Source: Candidatus Omnitrophota bacterium (lineage in GTDB: Bacteria; Omnitrophota; Gorgyraeia; 1-14-0-20-64-10). Taken from it: a DNA stretch of 55,270 nt. The notes beneath the pieces were generated by a model. The model did no database searches. It saw only the letters and a program-made list of their open reading frames with translations, and had not been told where the DNA came from. Position numbers and translations under genes: made by a program. The DNA is taken from contig JACPXR010000035.1 in NCBI GenBank assembly GCA_016196465.1, forward strand, positions 1-55,270, read 5' to 3'. Below are positions 19,829 to 28,300 of this stretch, piece by piece (positions within the stretch are counted from its first letter, which is position 1; each line of letters opens with the position of its first letter).

Positions 19829-20769
19829 AAATTTTGGTCATATCCTTGAGCAACCTCGGGGATGCGATCCTCACTCTTCCCGCGCTTGAGGCGATTCTCC
19901 GCCAGCACCCCGATTCGGAGCTTCATTTGATCGCTTCTCCAAGAACCGAAGAGCTTTTCCGGAGGGACCCCCGGCTGCGCCGGGTCTGGCTCTGGCGGAA
20001 GGAGGCCTCCCCCCTCCGCCAGGCCGCTCTCCTTTGGAAGCTGTTTCTCGCGCGGTTTGATCTGGTGGTCGATTTCAGGCATTCCCTCATCCCCTTTTTT
20101 CTCTTTCCCCGCCGGAGGACGCCGCTTTTTAGACGGCGTTCCCCGGGGATCCGCCACATGGCCGAAGCCCACCTGGAACTCGTCAAATCGGCGGGGATCC
20201 CCCCTTTCGAGGGGAGGGCCCCTCTTCCTCTGGATGAAAAGGATCAAAGGAAGATCGACCGCCTGATCCTGCCCCAGAAGCGGGTGGTCGTCATGGCCCC
20301 GGGAGCCAGGAGCCACCTCAAGCGGTACCCCGCGGAGCGCTTCGCCCGGATCGCCGACCGGTTAAAAGAGGAGAAGAACGCGCAGATCTTCCTCGTCGGC
20401 GGCGGGGAGGAGGCGGCGATTTCCGAAGCGGTGGCCCAGGCGATGAACAATCCGCCGGTCGACTTGACCGGGGAGACCACCTTGGGGGAGCTCTTTGCCC
20501 TGCTGGTCCGGGCAGACCTTGTGATCACGAACGACAGCGCCTGCCTCCACGCCGCGCAGGCGATGGGGGCCCCCACGGTGGCCATCTTCGGCCCGACCGA
20601 CGAGAGGAAGTACGGGCCCCGCCTGCCTCGCTCCGCCGTTGTCCGAAGAAAACTGATCTGCGCCCCCTGCGAGAGGGCGTTGTGCCCGTACCACCACGAG
20701 TGCCTGCGGGATCTGGAGGAGCGTGAAGTGGTCGAAGCGGCCATGCAGCTCCTGAACGGGGAAAGATGA
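19825..20769 (+). CDS. GT9-family glycosyltransferase (heptosyltransferase-like)
   Basis: ATG 19825 overlaps the upstream stop (ATGA). MKILVISLSNLGDAILTLPALEAI and NDSACLHAAQAMGAPTVAIFGPTD. The listed ORF start 19156 is an extension. Confidence 0.85.
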   Translation: MKILVISLSNLGDAILTLPALEAILRQHPDSELHLIASPRTEELFRRDPRLRRVWLWRKEASPLRQAALLWKLFLARFDLVVDFRHSLIPFFLFPRRRTPLFRRRSPGIRHMAEAHLELVKSAGIPPFEGRAPLPLDEKDQRKIDRLILPQKRVVVMAPGARSHLKRYPAERFARIADRLKEEKNAQIFLVGGGEEAAISEAVAQAMNNPPVDLTGETTLGELFALLVRADLVITNDSACLHAAQAMGAPTVAIFGPTDERKYGPRLPRSAVVRRKLICAPCERALCPYHHECLRDLEEREVVEAAMQLLNGER

Positions 20770-21824
20770 AGAACCCGAGGATCCTCATTGTCCGGACGGA
20801 CCGGATGGGGGACGTGATCCTCTCCACCCCGGTGATCCGGGTGCTCCGAGGGGTCTTTCCCGAGGCGTACCTGGGGATGATGGTCCGCCCGGAGAACCGG
20901 GAACTGGTGGAAGGGAATCCGGATCTGAACGCCGTCCTTCTCTACGACAAGGAAGGCCGCGAGAAATCCTGGCTCGGAACTCTCCGTTTCGCCCTCGAGC
21001 TCAAGAAGCACCGCTTTGAGACGGCGGTGATCCTTCACTCGACGAACCGGGCGATCCTTGTCACCCGGCTGGCCGGAATCCGCTGGCGGGTGGGATACGC
21101 CCGGCGCCTTCCCTGGCTTCTCACCGGTTCTTATCCCTACCTCAAACGGGAAGGGGACCGCCACGAAGTGGAATACAACCTCGCCCTCCTTCGTCTGATG
21201 GGGCTTCCCATGGAAGAGGGGATCCCCCTGACGAAGCAGCCCCTCTTCGTTCCGAGGAATCCCAAACAGGAGGAAAAGGTGGATGCTTTCCTCCATGCGC
21301 ATGGAGTGAAGGAGATAGCCCCCCTCGTCCTCCTCCACCCCGGGGCGAGCTGTCCTTCGAAGCGGTGGCCGGCGGACCGCTTCGCGGCGGTGGCGGACCG
21401 GCTCATCGAATCGCGCGGGGCCCAGGTGGTTGTGGTGACGGGGCCCCAGGAGGTCTTCTTCGGAGAGGAAGTGATCCGCCTCATGAAACACCCCGCCCTC
21501 CGGGCCCTTGGGACCCTTTCCCTGGGGGAGCTCGCCTGCCTCCTGGGCAGGGCCAAGTGCCTGATCTCCAACGACAGCGGCCCGGTCCATCTGGCCTGCG
21601 CCGTGGGGACCCCTGTCGCGGCGGTCTTCGGGCGGTGGGGCGGGGGACTCTCTCCGAAGCGCTGGGGTCCGACCGGTGAAAAGAGCATTGTGCTTCACCA
21701 CGATGTCGGATGCAGGCCCTGCCTCGCCCACCGGTGCACGATCGGATTCGTCTGCCTTCAAGCCGTCTCCGTCGAGGAGGTGCTCGCCGCGGCGGAGCAC
21801 GCCGCCGGGCTGTCTCGTGTTTAA
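20766..21824 (+). CDS. GT9-family glycosyltransferase (heptosyltransferase-like)
   Basis: ATG 20766 overlaps the upstream stop (ATGA). ILIVRTDRMGDVILSTPVIRVL and NDSGPVHLACAVGTPVAAVFG. Confidence 0.85.
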   Translation: MKNPRILIVRTDRMGDVILSTPVIRVLRGVFPEAYLGMMVRPENRELVEGNPDLNAVLLYDKEGREKSWLGTLRFALELKKHRFETAVILHSTNRAILVTRLAGIRWRVGYARRLPWLLTGSYPYLKREGDRHEVEYNLALLRLMGLPMEEGIPLTKQPLFVPRNPKQEEKVDAFLHAHGVKEIAPLVLLHPGASCPSKRWPADRFAAVADRLIESRGAQVVVVTGPQEVFFGEEVIRLMKHPALRALGTLSLGELACLLGRAKCLISNDSGPVHLACAVGTPVAAVFGRWGGGLSPKRWGPTGEKSIVLHHDVGCRPCLAHRCTIGFVCLQAVSVEEVLAAAEHAAGLSRV

Positions 21825-22599
21825 GCTTAATCCTTACAGCTTAATCCTTATCGCTGCTTTCGTTGCTGGTTGTGCGGTGGCGCATATCCGCTCCGGGGCT
21901 GAAGCGCCCCTGCCGCAGACGATCGCAGGGCTCTCAGAAATCCCCGTCGGGGAGGAGCTGGAGTACCAGGTTTCCTGGTGGGGGGCGCCCGTCGGGACCG
22001 TCCTCCTGAAGAGCTCCAAGGCGAATGGACTCATCCAGCTTGAATGCACGGGCCGGTCCAACCGGACGCTGGATGCTTTCTACCCGGTGAGGGTGAAGTT
22101 GACGAGCTGGGTGGACCGGGCCGGCTCTCCTCAGAAATTCAACGCCAGCGTGAAGAGGCGCCGCCGGCTCCACGAAAGCACGATCGCTTTCGATCACCTG
22201 AAAGGGAGCGCTTATCATGAGCTGCCGAAAGGGAAAACAGCCGTCGTTTCCATTCATCCCCAGACGCAGGACGGACTCTCTCTTCTCTACCATGCCAGGA
22301 TGCTCCCTTTTGAAAGCGGGCAGACCCTCCCGCTGGAGGTGACGGCCGACGGGAAGAACTGGTCTCTGACCGGAAAGGTCCTGCGCTCCAACGTCGTCAC
22401 GCTGGCTCGCTTGGGAAGCTTTTCCTGCATCGAGGGAGAGGTGGAGTTGAGCTACCCCGTTCCTTTTTTCCAGGGGGCGAAAGCGCGGATTTGGTTCACT
22501 GAAGATTCCAAGCGGATTCCCCTTCTTGCCAAGATCCATTCCCGCATCGGTCCTGTGACCGCTGTCCTGATCCGCCTCGAGCCATCGCAAGTCAGTTAA
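21817..22599 (+). CDS. DUF3108-like lipoprotein
   Basis: GTG 21817 gives VFKLNPYSLILIAAFVAGC, a signal peptide with a lipobox Cys. ELEYQVSWWGAPVGT and QDGLSLLYHARML resemble DUF3108. The listed ORF start 21676 lies inside the preceding gene. Confidence 0.6.
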   Translation: MFKLNPYSLILIAAFVAGCAVAHIRSGAEAPLPQTIAGLSEIPVGEELEYQVSWWGAPVGTVLLKSSKANGLIQLECTGRSNRTLDAFYPVRVKLTSWVDRAGSPQKFNASVKRRRRLHESTIAFDHLKGSAYHELPKGKTAVVSIHPQTQDGLSLLYHARMLPFESGQTLPLEVTADGKNWSLTGKVLRSNVVTLARLGSFSCIEGEVELSYPVPFFQGAKARIWFTEDSKRIPLLAKIHSRIGPVTAVLIRLEPSQVS

Positions 22600-22626
22600 T
22601 AGTAATTGAGTTTTTGTTAAATAACA

Positions 22627-22655
22627 TTGAAATCAAAAGGGTATCCAGGTAAACT
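22627..22655 (+). promoter_or_regulatory. possible sigma70-like promoter for the 22684 gene (TTGAAA-N17-TAAACT)
   Basis: Hexamers at 22627-22632 and 22650-22655 lie in the only clearly AT-rich tract of this part of the window. Confidence 0.3.
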
Positions 22656-22683
22656 TTTACTACAAGCTACCCTGAAGAGCCCG

Positions 22684-24672
22684 ATGAGGTTAACCCAAGC
22701 GCTCACTCGAACGATAGGGATTTTCCTGTCGCTGGCCATCGCTTCGCCCGGCCCTGCCTACGGATTGCGCCAAGCCGGCCTCGAGGAGAATCCCAAGAGC
22801 CGCGGGGAGCTGAAAAGGGCCTTGACGATTCGCTCAGGATTGGAGGAGAAGGTGGTGGAAGTGAGAAACCTCGCTTTCGGCCAAGAGGTCACGGATGGGT
22901 TCGGGCATTCCGGGCCTGCCGGATTGAAGGTTAATATCCAGGGCAAGACCGTTGAGTTCGGATCGAGGGGTGTCGCCGAGATTCTCTTTCCCGGCAAGCC
23001 CGGCCGGCGGATTTATCTGGCCACCCACCACCAGATCGCCTACTGGATTCTGGCCAGGGCCTATGACCTCAGGTTGATTCCCCTCCGAGCGATCCGGCTT
23101 TTGTTCACCGACTGGCATGCGGATGATGCCATTTCCTACGAGGAGCCGCCTCTGGCTCCTTTGAGTGCGGTGGAAAGGTTTATCGGCGCCGGCAGGACCA
23201 CGACCAGCGTCAATCGGCTGGGCGCGACCCACCGGGCGGTGTACGAGGAAGATTTTGTGGATGCCCTGCTCAAGGCGGGGCTCATCGCCTCCTACGATTG
23301 GTACGGCAACCCGCGGCTTCCTCTCATGACAAAGCAGGACACCCCACAACGCTCCATCTTGGATTCTGCGCAGATCCCCCTTGCGGCAACCAACCTCGGC
23401 AGCATTGATCTGGACGTCGCCGGAGAGGATCTGGAGCATCTGCCGGAACTTTTCCCTCATCTTCTCAACCTCGCCAGAAAAAGCGAGATCAACATGATCT
23501 TCACGAGCCCCGGCTACGTGAAGGACCAGACCAAAGCGAAGTTGTTTGCCGCGGCGCTGGCCAACACGCTCATCGAGGTCAAGCGCTTGGAAGAGGAGGG
23601 GGAGATTGAGCGGCATCTCTCAGGCCGAAAGAGGGTCGAGCTAGTCCAGGCGGAAGGAACCGATCCAAAGGAGTTTGTCGATGAGCTGAACCGCCTCGGC
23701 AACGAAGCGCTGAGGTTTGTCTTATCTCAGATGGCGTTGGAGAAGGTTCTTGCGCCGATGAGACAGAGGCGGCCACGGCTCATCTTCGCTGATCTCGATC
23801 GGACCTCCTCGCCGGATGCCGATGCGCCTGCTGATCCCGAGGTACTGGCGGAAGTTCAAGCGCTTGCCCGAGAGGTCCCCGAGGCAAGGATCGTTCTTTT
23901 GACCGACCGGATGCCGGAGATTGTCCAGGAGCGCTTCGGGCGCTTCATCCCAGCCGATCTCACAGAGCGGGTCTTGGTGGCGCCGGTGGTTGGCGCTCAG
24001 GGGATGGGCTGGGTGGTTCCGCCGGAAGTGGAAGCGGTGATCGACGGCGTGATGGAGGAGGCGAGGCGGCGCGGGATTCGACCCGGGGATCCCGCTCAAG
24101 GGACTGGGAGCGGCAAGGTGCTTTTGCAGATGGACGGCAAAACCTACGGGATTGATGTCGAGTTCAATCTGGGGGAGATTCAAGCAGCCGATTTGGCGCA
24201 GAGCCGGGACAACCGATTGGAACTTGTCGCCTTGGCTCAGCGGAAGTTAGACCAAGCAGGGCTTTCCAGATTCCAAGTCTACTCAGGGGATGCCCGATCC
24301 ATCTCCATCTTTCCCCCCAAGGACGAGGGGGTCCGCTTCTGGCAGAGACGGTTTGGGGCGGCTGATGGCGAGGTCGCCTTCATCGATGACAACGGAAGCA
24401 GGCTCAGCTCCGCCCACTCAGGGCTCGTCGGAGTGGCCTCCCGCGGCGGGCTCTCAATCTGCTGCGGCACGCGCCCCGGCGATTACGAAGAACTGCCGAC
24501 CGACCTTGGAATCGTCATGACAAAAGGGCTCGCCACAGGCCCCAAAGTCGCCGCCATGGCCCTCCGGATGATCCGACAGGCCCACCGCGCCGTCGGCCTG
24601 GAGGAGGGGGAGAAGGCAGAGGCGGTGGGTGTGGGGGTCATCCAGGACCGGGAGGTGGAGAGGTGGCTTTAG
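22684..24672 (+). CDS. secreted GLEE-motif protein A: signal peptide, double-GLEE leader, His/Asp-rich N-terminal module, HAD-like phosphatase module, GLEE + 21-aa tail
   Basis: ATG 22684 gives MRLTQALTRTIGIFLSLAIASPGPAYG (signal peptide). GLEE codons at 22774-22788, 22834-22848 and 24592-24606. HAD motif I FADLDRT and motif IV-like FIDDNGS. The TTG 22627 start in the track adds a non-hydrophobic extension. Confidence 0.75.
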   Translation: MRLTQALTRTIGIFLSLAIASPGPAYGLRQAGLEENPKSRGELKRALTIRSGLEEKVVEVRNLAFGQEVTDGFGHSGPAGLKVNIQGKTVEFGSRGVAEILFPGKPGRRIYLATHHQIAYWILARAYDLRLIPLRAIRLLFTDWHADDAISYEEPPLAPLSAVERFIGAGRTTTSVNRLGATHRAVYEEDFVDALLKAGLIASYDWYGNPRLPLMTKQDTPQRSILDSAQIPLAATNLGSIDLDVAGEDLEHLPELFPHLLNLARKSEINMIFTSPGYVKDQTKAKLFAAALANTLIEVKRLEEEGEIERHLSGRKRVELVQAEGTDPKEFVDELNRLGNEALRFVLSQMALEKVLAPMRQRRPRLIFADLDRTSSPDADAPADPEVLAEVQALAREVPEARIVLLTDRMPEIVQERFGRFIPADLTERVLVAPVVGAQGMGWVVPPEVEAVIDGVMEEARRRGIRPGDPAQGTGSGKVLLQMDGKTYGIDVEFNLGEIQAADLAQSRDNRLELVALAQRKLDQAGLSRFQVYSGDARSISIFPPKDEGVRFWQRRFGAADGEVAFIDDNGSRLSSAHSGLVGVASRGGLSICCGTRPGDYEELPTDLGIVMTKGLATGPKVAAMALRMIRQAHRAVGLEEGEKAEAVGVGVIQDREVERWL

Positions 24673-24712
24673 GAAATTTCTTTGCAGGGCCGGGCGGAAG
24701 ATGCTATATTAG

Positions 24713-24738
24713 TATGTAGCTACATATGTAGCTACATA
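24713..24738. promoter_or_regulatory. perfect 26-bp palindrome (two abutting ATGTAGCTACAT units), probable TA operator overlapping a TATATT -10-like box
   Basis: TATGTAGCTACATATGTAGCTACATA equals its own reverse complement. It lies 16 nt upstream of the antitoxin ATG. TATATT at 24705-24710. Confidence 0.6.
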
Positions 24739-24753
24739 GAAGAGGAGGGGGCG

Positions 24754-25032
24754 ATGGTTCAATTTGTGAATGTTCGCAAGCTGAAGAACCAACTTTCCGA
24801 GGCGATCCGTTGGACGCGCAAGGGGGACGTGGTGGTCACCCGGCGCGGCAAGCCCCAGGCGGTGCTGCATCGGGTGAGCGAAGAAAATCTGGAAGATTAT
24901 CTTCTCGCGCACTCCGCCAAGTTCCAGAAGAGTCTGGAGGCCTCTTATCGGCAGTATCAACGCAAGGGCGGCATGGCCCTCGATTCTTTGATTGTCCAAG
25001 CCGAGCGAGAGCTTGCCCGTCTTCGCCGTTGA
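24754..25032 (+). CDS. Phd/YefM-family type II antitoxin
   Basis: ATG 24754 after GAGGAGGGGG. MVQFVNVRKLKNQLSEAIRWTRKGDVVVTRRGKPQAVL is a typical Phd/YefM N-terminus. Overlaps the downstream toxin gene. Confidence 0.8.
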   Translation: MVQFVNVRKLKNQLSEAIRWTRKGDVVVTRRGKPQAVLHRVSEENLEDYLLAHSAKFQKSLEASYRQYQRKGGMALDSLIVQAERELARLRR

Positions 25033-25279
25033 ATTTTCACCGGCGGCGCAGCGGGATCTCAGACGATTGGATCCCGCGATTCGGTTGCAGTTGCTTCGGG
25101 CAGCCGCAGTTCTGGGGCAAGGCCCCTTTCCATCGGCAGGGAGCAGGATTCAGCCCATGGTCGGGATCGTCCCGCGGCATTTCCGGCTGCGGATTGGAGA
25201 GTATCGATTGATCTACCGGGTTGAAGGAGAGAAGGTTGTCGTGGTCCGCGTGGCCCACCGCCGGGAGGCCTACCGATGA
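25013..25279 (+). CDS. RelE/ParE-family type II toxin
   Basis: ...FAVEFSPAAQRDLRRLD...FRLRIGEYRLIYRVEGEKVVVVRVAHRREAYR is a RelE/ParE signature. TTG 25013 is preferred (purine-rich upstream); TTG 24992 is an alternative. Confidence 0.78.
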   Translation: MPVFAVEFSPAAQRDLRRLDPAIRLQLLRAAAVLGQGPFPSAGSRIQPMVGIVPRHFRLRIGEYRLIYRVEGEKVVVVRVAHRREAYR

Positions 25280-25314
25280 TTGATTTTCCGATGGGGATAC
25301 GATAGAAAGGAACC

Positions 25315-28300
25315 ATGGAAAGAAAGATTGATCTGACAAAAACGCTCTGGCGCCCGGAGTTTGAGAAGGACTCCTGCGGGGTCGGCTTTGTGGCCGATGT
25401 CTCAGGGAAGCCCAGCCACCGGGTCCTTCGGATGGGGATCCAGGGGGTCTGCTGCGTGACCCACCGCGGGGCGGTCTCCGCCGACGCCAAGACCGGCGAT
25501 GGGGCAGGGGTCCTAACCCAGATTCCAAGGAAGCTCTTTGCCCGGGAGCTTGCCCGGCTGGGGCATCCCAAGGCAAGCGTGCAAGATTTGGCGGTGGGAG
25601 TCTTCTTTCTCCCGCAGGACCCCAGCTCCCGCATCGCCGCCAAGGGGATCGTTGACCGGATCCTCCGGGAACAGGGGCTCACCCTGTACGGCTGGCGGGA
25701 AGTGCCGGTCAACCCCGACGTGCTCGGAGAGAAGGCCCTCTCCACCCTGCCGGCGATCCAGCAGCTGTTGGTCGGGCGCGGGACGGTACCCGGCACCGAT
25801 TTCGAACGGCGGCTCTACTACACCCGCCGGCTGATCGAGAAAGCGTTTGCCCAGGCGCGGCTTTCGGACTGCTACATCCCCTCGTTTTCTTCCAGGACGA
25901 TCGTCTACAAGGGGCTTTTTGTGGCGCCCCAGCTTTCTTCCTTCTACGAAGACCTCACCGACCCGGCTTTTGAGACGGCGATCGCCCTCTTCCATCAGCG
26001 GTATTCCACCAACACCTTCCCCAACTGGATCCTCGCCCAGCCGTTCCGCCACCTGGGGCACAACGGGGAGATCAACACCCTCCTGGGGAACCGGAACTGG
26101 ATGCGGGCCCGGGAACCGGAGCTGAAGTCTCCGGTTTGGGGGGAGAAGATCCAGGACCTCATCCCGGTGATCCAGCCCGGCGGCTCCGACTCCGCCATGC
26201 TGGACAACGTGCTCGAGCTTCTCACGGCCTCCGGTTACAGCATCCTTCACGCGATGACGATGCTCGTCCCCGAGGCCTGGCAGAACATGCCCGGGATGGA
26301 CCAGAAACTGAAGTCCTTCTACGAATTCCAGGCCTGCCTCACCGAGCCGTGGGACGGCCCGGCGGCGCTGGCCTTCTCCGACGGTGTCGTGGTCGGGGCC
26401 GCCCTCGATCGGAACGGCCTGCGCCCCGCCCGCTACAAGGTGACGCGGGACGGCTTGGTGGTCTTGGGCTCCGAGGTGGGGATCGTGGACCTGGACGACG
26501 GGCAGGTGATCGAATCCGGCCGGCTGGGGCCGGGGCAGATGCTGGCGGTGGACACCGCCCGGAAGAAACTCCTCAGGGACCAGGAGATCAAGCATGAGCT
26601 TGCCAGCGACAAGCCGTATGCCGCCTGGCTTCATGAACGCATGCTCCGGGCCCACCTCCTGAACCTCAACGAGGGAAAGCTGCCGGTTTCCGTACCTGGT
26701 ACGAGGTTTGATCCGCTCATCCGGCAGTTGAAGGCCTCCGGCTTCACCCAGGAGGACCTCCAGTTCATCGTGAAGAGCATGGCCGAAACCGGCAAGGAGC
26801 CGGTCGGCTCGATGGGGGACGACGCCCCCCTGGCGATCCTTTCCAGGAAGCCCCGGATCATCGCCACCTATTTCAAGCAGCTCTTTGCCCAGGTGACGAA
26901 CCCCGCCATCGATCCCCTGCGGGAGCGGCTCGTCATGTCCCTGAACACCGGGCTGGGGGCCCGCGGCTCCATGCTTGAGGAGACCGCTGAGCATGCCAAG
27001 TGGATCAAGTTCGCCTCGCCGGTTTTGACCGAACCGGAGCTGGAATGGCTCTCGGAGCTGACGGATCCTGCGTTTAGGTCGATTCGTCTTCCGGCTCTCT
27101 TTCCCGCCCAAGCGGGGCCCCAGGGCCTCCGGCGGGCCGTGCAGAGGTTGTGCGAGACGGCCGCGGCGGCCGTCGACGCGGGCCACTCCATCCTCATCCT
27201 GACCGACCAGGGGATCGATGCTCAGCGCGCGGCGATCCCGATGCCGATGGCGGCGGGGGCGGTCCACCATTCCCTGATCCGGCAGGGGAAAAGGATGCGC
27301 TCCTCGATCGTCTGCGAGACGGCCCAGGTGTGGGACATGCACCATTTTTCGCTCTTGATCGGCTACGGCGCCGCCGCCATTCACCCCTACGGGATCTTCC
27401 GGGCGATCGCCTGGATGCATGCCTCCGGCCTCTTCAAAGGGGTCACCCTCGACCAGGCTTTCGCCAACTACAAGAAAGCGGTGGAGGACGGGATCCTCAA
27501 GATCATGTCCAAGATGGGGATCTCCACCGTGGCCAGCTACCGGGGCGGGCAGATCTTTGAGGCGATCGGCCTGAACGAGGAGGTGGTCGAGACCTGCTTC
27601 ACAGGGACCGTTTCCCGGATCGGGGGGGTGGGGTTTGAGCTGATCGCGAAGGATGTTCTCGCCCTGCATGCCTCGGCGTATCAGGGACAGTCCCCTTCGG
27701 GGACAGTCCCTGCGCAGCTCGATCCGGGCGGGTTCTACCGTTTCCGGAGGGACGGGGAGGCCCACGCCTTCAACCCCCAGGTGCTGGACGCCCTCCACAC
27801 CGCGGTCCACACGAACGAGTGGTCCGATTACCTGAAGTACGCGGAGTTTGTGAACGGCCGGGAGCCGATCTGTCTGCGGGACCTCTGGGAATTCTCTTCC
27901 GACCGGAAGCCGGTTCCGGTGGAGGAGGTGGAGCCGGTCGAGGCGATCCGCAGGCGCTTCTGCACCGCCGGGATGTCGTACGGCGCCCTTTCCAAGGAGA
28001 CGCACGAGTGCCTGGCGGTGGCCCTGAACCGGATCGGCGGGAAGTCCAACTCCGGCGAGGGAGGGGAAGATCCGGTCCGGTTTAAGCCCTTTCCGAACGG
28101 CGACTCCGCCAACAGCGCGATCAAGCAGGTCGCCTCGGGCCGGTTCGGGGTCACGCCGGCCTACCTCGCCAGCGCCCGGGAGCTGGAGATCAAGATCGCC
28201 CAGGGCTCCAAGCCGGGCGAGGGGGGCCAGCTTCCCGGCCACAAGGTGTCGGAGGAGATCGCCAGGGTTCGCCACTCCGTCCCCGGCGTGACGCTCATCT

